Assembly (NCBI RefSeq): GCF_006345805.1
Contig: NC_042997.1
Location: 114,080,001-114,144,000 of the forward strand
From: Octopus sinensis
Lineage: Eukaryota
Direction of reading: 5' to 3'
Length of the DNA: 64,000 nt
This document shows, one piece after another, positions 12,568 to 25,649 of the stretch (position 1 is the stretch's first letter; the number at the start of each line of letters is the position of its first letter). Both the position numbers and the translations under genes were made by a program. The notes below the pieces were generated by a model. The model saw only the letters and a program-made list of their open reading frames with translations. It ran no database searches and was not told the DNA's origin.

Positions 12568-13134
12568 AAGCTAAAAGTATAAAGAAGCAAACAGCTGTTT
12601 TCAGGTTAGATTCTAACGTATATTTAAATGAGAGTTGAGATGTTATGTAAGTATAGGTCATAAGGAAGAAAGAAGTTGTACCTATAGTCTCCTACTTCCT
12701 GTTCTGTGGCCTATACTCTGGTTACAAGTTAACCTTCATATTTATATATATATGTCACATTCTGACCTGACACTAGTTGCTTGCTTGTTTATACTTTAAT
12801 TCTATTACACACATTCCTGCACAACAGATAAACTGGCTATAGCCAATCGTTGTTTGGCAGCTAAAACATCCTTGTTGTTTTGTTGAAGTTCAAGATGGAT
12901 TTTTAATTTTATGTGCCTATTGCCTTATATCATCAGACATATTACTACCTGAATTCTCTATCTCTCTTTCTATTTATATATGCTTCTGTGTGTCATGCAA
13001 ACAGTGTCTTTTGTTTCCAGTCTTTCTTGAAGATGTCTGGTCTTGGGGCAATGACACCTTGGTGACAGGAAGGGCATCCTGCCATAGAAGAGATACCTCT
13101 ATAAATTCCATTAAAAATAATGATGATGATGATA

Positions 13135-13300
13135 GGTGCAGGAGTGGTTGTGTGATAATTAGCTTGTTTACTGACCACATGGTTCCAGGTTCAGTCCTCA
13201 CTGTGTGGCACCTTGGGCAAGTTCTTCTAATATAGCCTTGGGCCAACCAAAACCTTGTGAGCAGATTTGGTAGACGGAAACTGAAAGAAGTCCATTGTAC

Positions 13301-13343
<43 letters not shown>

Positions 13344-13467
13344 TGTGTCTGTGTTTGTCACTCCCAATATCACTTGACAATCAATGCTGGCGTGTTTACG
13401 TCCCCGTAACCTAGCGGTGCTCTAGCATGGCTGCAGTTAAATGAATGAAACAAGTAAAAGAATAAAG
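13135..13467 (+). mobile_element. SINE family A
   Basis: ggtgcaggagtgg head, CORE-like domain, gaaacaagtaaaagaataaa tail. Confidence 0.85.
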
Positions 13468-13563
13468 GATAATACATTAAATCTAATTTAATTTTTATCA
13501 AATTACCCATATTTGCCAAAGTATACTTTAAAAGTTACTCAGGATACGATGAGTAGCCTTTTT

Positions 13564-13610
<47 letters not shown>

Positions 13611-13840
13611 CCTTTCTACTATTAGGCACAATGCCTGAAATTTGGGGAAGAGGGCTAGTCGATTACATCGACCCCAGTGCTTGACTGATATCTAATCTAT
13701 TGACCCCGGAATGATGAAAGGCGAAGTTGACCTTGGCGGCATTTGAACTCAGACCATAACGACAGGCAAAATACTGCTAAGCATTTTGCCCAGCATGCTA
13801 ATGATTCTGTCAGCTTGCCGCCTTAGTAATAATAATAATA

Positions 13841-14278
13841 TGGGATTTTATGATTCAGTGTGACCATGAGATAGAGAGTAGTAAGCTGGACATAGTCTTA
13901 ATTGACAAAGAAAACAAACTATGCTGGATCATAGATATAGCATGCCCAGCTGACAACAAGGTATGCGATCAGGAAGAAAGAAAAGTTGAGAGATATGACA
14001 GGTTAGCTTGGGAATTTTTTAAACAGGTGTGGTCGATGAAAAGATAGCAGTAGTATCAATAATTGTCAGAACACTGGGAACAGTGAGCAAAAATCTCAAG
14101 AAGTACGTGGAACAAATAGGGGCTGAATAAGGGGGGAGCACTTGCAGAAAACAGCACTGCTTGGAACTGCCTGAATACTCCAGAAGGTGCTTGAAAAATG
14201 AGAGGTGTTACCTTAGTACATTGGTAGTGATCAGCTGACACCATAGTACATCTCCAGCGTTAGAAGCTGTACAAAGGC
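13841..14278 (+). mobile_element. 5'-truncated R4/Dong-like non-LTR retrotransposon (restriction-like endonuclease C-terminus) within (TAA)n
   Basis: WDFMIQCDHEIESSKLDIVLIDKENKLCWIIDIACPAD...ERKVERYDRL...LGTVSKNLKKYVEQIG...LQKTALLGTA*ILQKVLE; flanked by (TAA)n at 13827-13840 and 14279-14308. Confidence 0.85.
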
Positions 14279-14311
<33 letters not shown>

Positions 14312-14317
14312 GATCAT

Positions 14318-15009
14318 GGTGAATAGTTTTGATACTCTAGAATGATTGAATGATTATGTGATGCAGCTGCACCATTCTATGCAAATAAATATTTTAGCAG
14401 TGAAGGTCACTTCTGGAAAGTCATTAACTATTCTGAACAGAGGCATTTTCTGGTTTAAAACAAGTCAAATTTTTGCAGTGTAGATGTCTGCTCACCACAA
14501 AAGGTAATCAGAGACTGTCAGGCCCCTGTTTCTTTTACTTTACAAAAGTGGAGGCATGTAGCTTAGCGATTAGGGTATTCAGCTTGTGATCAAAAGGTCG
14601 TGATTTTGACTCCCAGCAGTGCATTGTGGCCTTGAGCAAGACACTTTATTTCATTTTGTTGCAGGTGAATAGTTATGATACTCTAGAATGATTGAATGAT
14701 TATGTGATGCAGCTGAACCATTCTATGCAAATAAATATTTTAGCAGTGAAGGTCACTTCTGGAAAGTCATTAACTATTCTGAACAGAGGCATTTTCTGGT
14801 TTAAAACAAGTCAAATTTTTGCAGTGTAGATGTCTGCTCACCACAAAAGGTAATCAGAGACTGTCAGGCCCCTGTTTCTTTTACTTTACAAAAGTGGAGG
14901 CATGTAGCTTAGCGATTAGGGTATTCAGCTTGTGATCAAAAGGTCGTGATTTCGACTCCCAGCAGTGCATTGTGGCCTTGAGCAAGACACTTTATTTCAT
15001 TTTGTTGCA
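14318..15009. repeat. 346-bp tandem duplication (2 units, about 3 differences)
   Basis: 14318-14663 matches 14664-15009. Confidence 0.93.
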
Positions 15010-15241
15010 GTTCACTCAGCTGGCAAAAATGAGCCTTGTTACATTCTGTGTCACACTGAATCTCACTGAGAGCTATCTGTCTGTGGAGTACTCAACCACT
15101 TGTGCATTAATTTCATGAGCAGGCTGTTCTGTTGATCGGATAAACTGGATCACTCACCATCACGACCAATAGAATGCCAGTTACTTTAGAAAAGGGAACG
15201 TTGTGTTTAATTAATGCAAACCAATATTATTTTCAAATAAG

Positions 15242-15713
15242 GGTGGCGAGCTGGGAGAATCGTTAGTATGCTCGGCGATATGCCTAGCAGTATTTCATCT
15301 GCCAGTATTTCGTTCTGAGTTCAAATTCCGCCGAGGTCAACTTTACCTTTTATCCTTTCGGGGTTGATTAAATAAATACCAGTTATGCACTGGGGTCGAT
15401 GTAATTAACTTAATCCTTTTGTCTGTCCTTGTTTGTCCCCTCTATGTTTAAACCCCTGTGGGCAATAAATAATCCCATTAAAGGTGGCGAGCTGGCAAAG
15501 ATGTTAGCATGCTGGGCAAAATGCCTAGTGGTATTTCATCTGCCATTATGTTCTGAGTTCAAATTCCGCTGAGGTTGACTTTGCCTTTCGTCCTTTTGGG
15601 GTTGATTAAATAAGTACCAGTTACGCACTGGGGTTGATGTAATCAACTTAATCCCTTTCTCTGTCCTTGTTTGTCTCCTCTATGTTTAGCCTCCAGTGGG
15701 CAATAAAGAAATA
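15242..15713 (+). mobile_element. Two head-to-tail SINE family C copies enclosed by one 19-bp direct repeat
   Basis: aatattattttcaaataag at 15223-15241 and 15714-15732. Confidence 0.85.
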
Positions 15714-16471
15714 AATATTATTTTCAAATAAGAACTTACAACTGAAGACACCTCAATTGAGTATGGCATGATTGTGTGGTTAAGAATCCGTGTGGCTTAG
15801 TCCCACTGTTTCCACTGCACATAAAAAGCACCTTTTGAGCATTGGGCCTCACTGAGGCAATGGGGTTGATGCCAGTGTTGTGTATCTGGCATGTAAAAGG
15901 CACCTCTCAAGCACTGAGCCTCATGGAGGCAATGACAAATGACCAAGACCTTTGGCAATATGCTGTGCTTGAGAAGAAGACCCATCAAGTCAAGTGAAAT
16001 CATAGTCATGGCAGATACTGGTGTCATGCAACTTGTACCCATGCTGGTGGCATGTAAAAGCAACCATTACATTCTCAGAGTGTTTGGTGTTAGCAAGGGC
16101 ATTCAGCTGTAGAAAACATGTCACACAAGACTGGAGTCTGATGCAGTCCTTCAGCTTACCAGCCTTGGGCAAACCATCCAACCCATGCCAGCACAGACTA
16201 AGAGCGTTAAATGATGATGATGATGCTACATATAAACATATATATATGCATGTGTTTGTTCCTTAACATTTTATGACAACTGGTGTTGGTTTGTTTACAT
16301 CCTTGTAACTTAGTGGTTCAGTTAAAGAGACTGATAGGATAAGTACTAGACTTAAAAATAAGTACAGTGTTCGATTTCAACAAAACCCTTCAAGGTGGTG
16401 CTGTAGCATGGCCATGATCTCAATGACTAAAATAAGTAAAAAGATGAATGAAGGTAACGTTTGGTCTAGTG

Positions 16472-17242
16472 CAGTGTTTTTCTCAGCCGGTGTCCATAAG
16501 GTTCCTGATGGTCCATATAAGATTTGGTGGTGGTAGTGTGTGTGTGTGGGTGGGGGGGTTTCAACACACAAAAAATAGTAAATTAGGGATCCACAACAGC
16601 ATTTTAAGAGCCCCTGAAATAATTTATAATTTTGCTCTAGATGTATGTATTGCAAAGAAACAGCTGGGTTTCTTTCTCTAACATTTTACAGGTGCAGGAG
16701 TGGCTGTATGATAAGTAGCTTGCTTGCCAACCACATGGTTCTGGGTTCAGTCCCACTGCATGGCACCTTGGGCAAGTGTCTTCTGCTATAGCCTCGGGCC
16801 AACCAAAGCCTTGTGAGTGGATTTAGTAGACAGAAACTGAAAGAGGCCCATCGTATATATATATATATATATGTTTGTGTGTCTGTGTTTGTCCCCCCCA
16901 CCATCACTTGACAACCGATGCTGGTGTGTTTATGTCCCTGTAATCTAGCAGTTCAGCAAAAGAGACTGATAGAACAAGTACTAGGTTTACAAAGACTAAG
17001 TCCCGGGGTCGATTTGTTCGACTAAAGGCAGTGCTCCAGCATGGCCACAGTCAAATGACTGAAACAAATAAAAGAGATAGTTCAATCTACACAAGTTTAA
17101 TATATTACAAACAAAACATGAATTTTGAAAGAGGTTTCTATAACACTAGTTTTTAAACATCAAATAGCTCTGGGGATCCACCAGAATACAAAAATAATCA
17201 AAGGGGTCCATAGATAAAAAAAAAAATGGTTGAGAATCCCTG
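16472..17242. mobile_element. hAT-type MITE interrupted by a SINE A copy (16691-17075)
   Basis: TIR-like cagtgtttttctcagcc / ggttgagaatccctg; flanks gtctagtg and gtccaatg (6/8 match). Confidence 0.6.
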
Positions 17243-17699
17243 GTCCAATGGCTCATAGAAATTGTGACAGAGTCGTGTACCTCTTTATATTGTGAACTGA
17301 AATCTATCAGGCTTGACTTTGCCTTTCTTTCTTCTCATTGACTAATTCTGAGAAAGAATTTTGATTGAAACATTCCAGGAAAGAACCTGTTTCCTGCTTA
17401 GACATAGGTAATTCGTTGAACATTTAAATCGTTGTGATTTACACGTTACTGTAGTTTCCAAATTTCCATACTACATGAATTCAAACCGGTTTTCTGTAGG
17501 GCTTGAAGTAATTTGGTTATTTTTACAGCTAAAAACTTCGTCTAACTTTAGAAAATGCTTATAGCAAAAGCCTTAATATCTAAGTTCAGATATATCAGTT
17601 CAGCAAGCAACAAGTCCTCCTATATATCTAACATATTGAAATATAGAAATGTAAAGTACTAGATGTGTCCAACAATTTGCCGCAAGATTTTTTTTAGAC

Positions 17700-17860
17700 C
17701 AGATATGGTCGGTTGAATTCGGTACATTCCGTAATGGTCCGTATAAAACATGTCGCTTTATGACGTTTACATTACTTCCGGTTGCTACATAGTCTGGTTT
17801 ATCGTCTTAACAGTCGAGTGTGGTTTGGATGCTGTACACTTCCCACAGATGTAGGTTAGT
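17700..17860 (+). promoter_or_regulatory. Probable core promoter / first-exon region
   Basis: TGACGT (CRE half-site) at 17761-17766, ACTTCCGG (ETS-type) at 17774-17781, local CpG enrichment, donor-like AG|GTTAGT at 17855. Confidence 0.5.
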
Positions 17861-18129
17861 GAGTATAAAACTCACTACCAACTAACTACTACTACTACTA
17901 TTTCACATCATCAGAAAAAGAGAGAAAGAAAGTTAATTGATGAATAGACAGGCGGGTGAATGTGCGCCTCTTCTCATTTTACCGACGATGACCATCATCA
18001 AGTTTCATTGATTCTACATGAAAACTTCAATCAATCCATTTGTTTGTGTTTTTGTAGCAGAGGCGAGAGAGATCGTGCCTCGTCATTGGAACAAATCCCC
18101 AGATTTAGAAAGCAGAAGGTGCTGTGAAA

Positions 18130-18335
18130 TGTAACTTCTCTCTTTCTAACTTTCGTTCCATCCCTACTTCTCGGCCTCTCTTCTCTCTCCCTCCTTCATT
18201 CCATTCTTCTCTCTCTCCTGTTCCACCCATCTCTCTCTCACCCTCTGTAATCCAACTTCTATCTCTCTACTCCTCTCTAGTTCCATCTCTCTCTCTCTTC
18301 CATCCTTACTTCTCTCTCTCTCTCCCTCTCTTGCT
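18130..18335. repeat. Polypyrimidine (CT-rich) tract
   Basis: About 200 nt almost exclusively C/T. Confidence 0.9.
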
Positions 18336-18644
18336 TAACCAAAATTTATCTGACAAGATGTGTATAGTGTTGTAATACTATATTTATGATAGTATATATA
18401 GACATTTCCTATATACACAAATTCACCGAATTTTGGCTACGAGGTTTCTTTTCTACGTTTACAAAACTGTCCAAAGAAAAATTTCAACTGGAAACAACAT
18501 AAGGTAAGAAAACCAATTTGTGTGCGTGTTGTGTGAGTGTGTCCATATATATGTATATATACTTCAAAAATGAACTAACTTTTGATTTTAAGAATTTAAA
18601 CTGTAGTAACATGCATGTGGGGTTCTTCTGCCTATATATATATA

Positions 18645-18685
<41 letters not shown>

Positions 18686-18774
18686 TACATACTTGTTCTT
18701 GCATGTGTCCATTTATATAATGTTATTAAAACCGTGAATGTCAACAATTTTATTTTGCATTTCTTCAATCTCAG

Positions 18775-18791
18775 TTCTTCTACTGATGGTG
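18775..18791 (+). other. Candidate 17-nt exon, possibly carrying the start codon (ATG GTG)
   Basis: Acceptor ttttattttgcatttcttcaatctcag| and donor |gtgagt; an upstream consensus donor AAG|GTAAGA at 18504 could supply a 5' UTR exon. Confidence 0.4.
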
Positions 18792-19523
18792 GTGAGTGAG
18801 GAGATGAAAGAATTAAAGAAGGAAGTTTTTCCTCTTTTTTACCGTTCCATTGCCACACTTTGAGGTGAAGAATAAGAAAAGTAGAGTTAACTAAACATCA
18901 GTTTTATAATAGAGTGAGATGTTTCAACAGTTCTGCACCATCCCAATTTTGGTTTGATGTTTTCTGTAAAAGACATGATGAGTACAAGGTGGTGGTCACA
19001 TTGGCCTGGCCGTACATGCTCACTATTCTCTTTCTCTCTTTCTAACATCGCTGATTACAGCAAAAACATATTTAAAACACTTGTAACAATGGAATTATTA
19101 GTCAAATAAGCTGTTTTTGCTCTCCCAACACACAAATACACACACATGCTATCATGTAATGTAATTAACGTTGACAAACATGAACCATTTAAATGAGACC
19201 TGGAATCAAATTAAAACCATTTGAGAGAAACAAGCCTTTCTGCTAGTTCATTTAAAAAAAAAATTATAAGTTTGATGCTATATTGTTCCCATACATATTT
19301 ACCAAATTTCATTTTGTTGAAGATTAATTAATGAATGAAATAACAGAACTATTAACTTATTTGTAGTGTGTCGAGTGTTTTCGTTCTCTCTCCTCACCAC
19401 CGAATAAATATATTTATCTCTGAAGAATTAGCTTAAGATAAAACTGTCTTTCCTTCTCAACTGCAACACTTGGTTACCAATTTACATTTAACAAGCACCC
19501 TGGGTTTTTCCTTCTTTCTATCT

Positions 19524-19576
<53 letters not shown>

Positions 19577-22500
19577 GGCTATTGTTAGCATTAATCTCAC
19601 TATACTATAAATTCCAATGAATTTAATTTCAAATTCAGGACTGGAAAGAAAAAAGAAAAGAAAAAAGGAGATATTCAAAAAAATCCTTTTGTTGTTCGAG
19701 TAACTTCGTTTTGTCATCCTCCCACACGAATGTGTGAATGGATGTTATTTGCTACATTTTCATTTATCCCATGTGACATAAACAATGTCTGTCTGTTTGT
19801 TTGTTTCTTTGTAGTTTGTGCATATAAATCTTTCAGGGCACGTCTGATGCATAAGAGCCGTTGGAAACGGCCGCACATAGCTGTTGTGTACATACATACA
19901 TACATACACATATACATATATACGTACATACATATATGTACATATATATGATAAATATTGTGTGTGTGTATTGTAAACTAATAGGGTTACACGTAGACCT
20001 ACATTCCCATCTTTCTCTCCCGCCTCGAGGAATTTCACTGTTTGACAGTTGACGGGGGGCGGAGGTGCTGTTTGTAGAAAGGGGTTGATGTAAAGGATAG
20101 AAAGAAAAAGGAAAAAAGGCAAGTCGGCCAAATGTTATAAATTCGTACAGTCGTTTATTTTCAGCCCCCCGAAACCAACATGTGTGTGTAGAGTTTTTTA
20201 AGAACACAAGTTGCAGACATATGTTTGTATTTATTTCCAGCTTCCTTCTCTCTTCGACGCAGCTTGGAATGATGATGTTGTTGTTGTTGTCGATGATGAT
20301 GACGATGGTAGTGATGATGCGAGGTAGTTAGCTGGTCGTTTGCTCATTCATAGCCAAACCCTGTTAGTAATGTATTATTGTTGTTTCATTATCGATTTAT
20401 CGATGTAATCGTAAGTCTTCCGTGTTGTAGTGGGAGGAACATACCTGTCGAATGTTAAAAAAAACCCCAAAAAACAAACGAAAAAAGCTACTGAGCTTTT
20501 TTCATAACTGGGTGCTCTGTTAGTCTTTTAAATAAAATAATTATGATCACATATGTTACACAAATCAAATACTTTTATTTCTCTTTTTCAGAAATAATGT
20601 TATCATTTACAATTAGTGTTATGCGATACTCCTTAGTCAAGCTGCTATTACCATCCTTTATTACCCCTTTGAATTAAAACCGGATTAATTAACCAACATG
20701 AACGTTATTAAGGTTTCTTTTACTGCCATAAACTTAGGAATGTTTTCGTATTTCGTCCCCCAGACTTTATTATGTTGCATATTTCATCTTTTTCTTGTGG
20801 TTCCCGGAGCCAGTCACTTTGATGTTTGTTCCCAACGCCATTGGCTTCAATGTATTAAATTTATGGTTCGGTGGTGTGTGTTCGGCGCACATCTATGTGA
20901 AGTCGGCTGTCATCTAATTAGAAGAATCGGCGGAAAATGGAATACAGACAGGGCAGAGAGATTCTTCCTTCCGTTTACTTCACTGTAATATTTGAAATTG
21001 CTTCTTTCCTAAGTTAGCGTGGTAACTGAGTTAAAAGTGTGAGAGAACTCACACACACATGGATGTATGAAATAAGTCAAATGCTATCTGGATTCCTCTT
21101 GGGTAGCAAAAATAAACATTTTTTTGTACTCATTTCCCAAATTTTTGTTATTGTAAAGGTCATAAATAGTTTTGCCTGTTTTGGAACGAAAGGTTAGGCC
21201 GTGACGAATTTTACAGGAATCAGAGTAAAATGGAAATACCCAAATAATCTACTATCAGAAATAAATCTTGGAATTTGTCGTTTAATTGCAGACTTTAACT
21301 GTTAGCAGACCTATTAACTTTCGAGAGACGTGGTCGAAAATAATTGTTCATGCTGAGGAATTTTTTAAGTATGTTTAAGACTTAGGTTTGTGTAACAGTT
21401 ACAAAATGATTCAGGATTCATCGTGGTTCATATTCGCGGCGGGAATAATTTACACGCAAAAAAAGGGATTTCTCTTTCACTGCTTTTTGAATTGCTGGAT
21501 CAGGGAAACAGGGAATTCAAAATTTTTGTGTTGATGTTTAATAAGATGTAATAGTTTAAAGAAGTTTTTCTCGTCTGAAGAATATTTGTGAAGACTGTCA
21601 AGAAAGCCCACAGAACTTCGAAACAACCGATTCAGTCGAGTTGGTTGTCAAAAATAAAATAAAATAAAATAAAATAACAGCACCCAAAGTTTGAATACGT
21701 CCGAAACTGCCCATTTTCTATATCCCTTCTTTAAACATTTCTTAAAAATCGAATTCTGTTCAATATTCCTTCAACAGTTAGATTCCATATAAGAAAACAA
21801 TTTGTAAGGAAACAGAATTAGAAAACAAAATTTAGTAGACTAAATTTAAAGGATTTTATTTTACTCCCCAGTTCAACAATTGTAAAGATGGTGTAATTAA
21901 AAGAAATACCGAGATAAAATGCTAAAAATTCTTTCACTTTTCCGCTGAAAACTTAGTCATTTTGCAAACGCGATCTTACATTTTGTTGTGTTTAACTCTT
22001 AATTGTTTTTTTTTAGCTAAACTGAAGGCATTTTCGTTTCTTTTTTGTTCATTTTCAATAGACCTGTCTTTGTAGTAGATTTATTTCTAGATTCCACCAT
22101 GTCAGTCGTTAAACTAAATGCCCCTCACTTAAGGTCTTAATAACCAAGAATATGTACTTCATTTATAGATTTAAAAACTCCCCCCAAACACAACTGAATA
22201 TAAGCCAACCGTATACATTTACTGTCACACACACCTACATATGTTTCTGATACATACACGTGGCTATTGTGTACACTATTCGAAACGTTACAAACAGCCT
22301 TATCTAAAATTCTATTGACTCGGAGCATGCAAGCTACTAATCATTTTTTCCCTTCTTTTGTGAATGAACATTCATTTTCACATATAGATTTTCCACCGCC
22401 TTCCTCTCTTCCTTCACTCCACATCATTGGTAAAATATTCGAATTTTCAAGTTCCACAACCGCCTTCACCGTTCTCTCACCCATTCTCGACTCATGAATG

Positions 22501-25226
22501 TATTGGCATGATTCGTGCTTGTAAAAAATATACAAAACAACAACAACAACAAAAAAAGCTATGATGATAGATCAACGTATGAAAAATTAGTTCATCGCAA
22601 TGGAATTAAATTCCATTTCTTTGCTTTTATTTATTATTATTTTTTTAATATTTGCCCAGTTCGATTTCCTTCCTATCCAACGAGCAAGACGTGAAAATAT
22701 AACAACAGTTTCTCCTCTCCATTTTTCTGTCCATCTGATCTGTTCTTCATCTTGGCTCCCAACACCATTTATTTCTCCTCTCAGACCGATAGTTCCTTCC
22801 TTTTCTCACACCCACTCTTCCAATTTCTCTGCCAATTTTTCTCTTTAAGCTATCTCTCCTTTTTCTTCCCGACCTTTCCTTATCTTATCACTGTTTTATC
22901 CTTTTTCTTTCCCCATCCATTCTTTATCTTTTTCGTTCCCTTCTACCTTTTTTTTGTTTTTGAAAGGTACTCGGATGTAGGCACGTATGTTAATGACATA
23001 CCACCACTCCCATTTAACGAACCTCTCTCTGTTCTCTTTCGTTATATCTGTCCATCTCTCTTTCATCTGCCTGTGTCAGTATCTCTCTCTCCTCCTCTCT
23101 CTTGTAATGTCAGTTATTATTTAGATCTACCAATGGATCTATCAACTGTTGGATTATTCAGCCGGTATCTGTTACGGGTTTTCTATTTGAATTTAGTGAA
23201 GTGTAAATCGCATCTGCTGTCTTAATGCTTAGCATGTACGTGTGTATGCGTGCACACACACACGTGTATGTTGTATTGAGAACAGGACTGTTTTCTAGTG
23301 TTATCGTTTCATCCAAGTGTTTTTCACATTTTCCTGAGTTCTTAGCAGTTTGCGAGAAACATTAAAGTTTGTTTCTCGTCTCATCTAGTTGAAAGTCTAG
23401 GAGCATGGATAATAAAAAAAATAACAATATCGTCATGTTTTCAATGCAGCATATCCAAAATGACAAAATGCCCTCCCCCAGTATGCATTATATATATGAT
23501 TTGTACAAGGAAAAGGTTGACAGGTTGGCGTCTATGGCCTCAAATTTTAGGGGCCTCAACCAAGGTGTACAATATCACGGGCCTTTTGGTAACGACCTCG
23601 TAAGTGAAAAAGCCGAGGGTCTCTTTTCATCTAAATCCGACAGTGACTTCGAAGTTTCAGCTTAGTCTCCTTTATCTTACTGTCTGGCGAGGGCAGTTGT
23701 TGAAACTCCGAAGTCACTGTCAACCTTTTATTTATAGACAGTAAAATATAAAATATATACTCTACTCAAACGTATTGAGTGATCTTTCAGTAAATGTCGA
23801 CTTTTTATGTAACTGTACTGAAAAACAAACACTGTGTATACATATGTGTGTATATTTATATGTATGTACACACACACACACACTCCCTCTCTCCCTTTCT
23901 CTCAAACCTGCTTATGTACACTCGCCCAAATGCATCTACAGTACACATACTCTAACAGATGCACTTTCGGAATTTACAAGAATTGGCATAAAGATTGTTA
24001 TTTAATTGCTTATCCTAGCGATAACTGCGGCAACGAACTAATCAAAGCGGATCAATCACCACTATTTTTGGTTTGGTATTTGAATGTTCTTGTAGATTAA
24101 GGAAGAAGGAAGGAAGGTAGTTGTATACGTTAGTTCTTGAAAAATGAATGAATCTAGAATGTTTTCATTCAGCTTGTTAGAAGAGCCCATTGCTAACACA
24201 TCCACTGGCAGTTTACGGAGGGAGAGAGAGAGAGAGCCAACCAGCATACTACCTACAACTATATTATTTGAAGTTTTATCTTCTCTAGGTTTATGTCAGA
24301 ATAGATATCTATAAAAATTGTTGTTTAGCTCTGGGTCCGTCCTTTTAGCAGACCTGTCTTCGATCAGTCATTCCAGCCACGATCATCATGTCTTCTTGTG
24401 GTGAGAGGAGAGGAGTACATTATCCAGGGTAGCTTTGATTGTTTTTAGAAGATGCTAGGGGTGTGATTTGAGGACGATTTGGTAATTATTTTTAATGACT
24501 CAAGCGACCACTTTGAAGCCCCTTGGTTGATTTGTGTGTATAAGTACTTTTTCCAGGCTCTATCTTACCTTTTGAAAATCTTTCAATTAGATCAAAGTAG
24601 TCACTTGACTTGCTAGAAATAGCTGTCAAATCTTTAAAAGTATGTAACATATATATCCAGAATCACGTAGCCTTGGATACAGAGAAAATAAAAGATGGGA
24701 TGGTCATGGCGTAAGCATTATTGATTATAGATCTGACCAATAGGTTTGTTCAGTCAGACTTAACATAGCGCTAACTTTGATTATAAGCCTGTTCAGTCAT
24801 GGCCGGCATTGATCGGTAGTCTTTTCAATCAGGGCTAACTTTGATCACAAACGTACTCAGTCAGGGTTAATATGAGCGGGATGCCATCATTACCGAGGCA
24901 GCAAGGGAGCTGCTATGTGGTCATTTGGCCTGCTAAAAATAGCAGTTGAATCTTCCTCACGATCACTCTATCATATCATCTATAAAAGAAACCGAAAGAA
25001 ACAAATTTACAATGTAGTTTCGGATATGTAAAAGACGAGATCAACAGGGCTGGAATGTCTTCTTCATAGGGTTTTCCCCATTAGGTTTGACTTTGAAACA
25101 TTTTGATTTGCCGAGCCAAAGTTTGTTCCGTCAGATGTAACAGAATTAGTTATTGAGAAGACCAGAGTCAAAGAATGTGACATTACCTGAGTAAATCTAC
25201 CGCCCAGTCGTTACGTGTGGGATGTA

Positions 25227-25593
25227 GGCGCAGGTGTGGATGTGTGATAAGAAGCTTGCTTTCTAGCCACATGGTTCCGTGTTCAGTCCTGCTGTGTGGC
25301 ACCTTGGGCAAGCATCTTCTACTATAGCCTCAGGCCGATCAAAGCCTTCTGGGTGGATATACTAGGCGGAAACTGAAAGTCCGTCGTGTGTGTGTAGTTG
25401 TCTGTTTTCCAGCACTGCTTGACATCTGGTGTTGGTATATTTACGTCCCTGTAACTTAGCGGTTCTGCAAAAGTATATCTACAAGGTTTAAAATAGAAAT
25501 AAGTACTGAGGTCCATCTATTCAACTAACAATTATCCAAGGCGGTGGTGCCCCAGCATGGCTGCAGACTAATTAATGACTGAAACAAGTAAAA
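25227..25593 (+). mobile_element. SINE family A
   Basis: Family motifs from head to tail. Confidence 0.8.
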
Positions 25594-25649
25594 GGTAGAT
25601 TGTTTTAACGAGTAATTTATGTATTGGTGTTTTCCTATTTGCCTTGATG

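Noticed and set aside
12585-12640. GAAAACAGCTGT palindromic stem III-like motif on the - strand
   Set aside because: The CUGANGA core is missing; at most a remnant
23405-23665. 86-aa ORF
   Set aside because: No homology or splice support recognised
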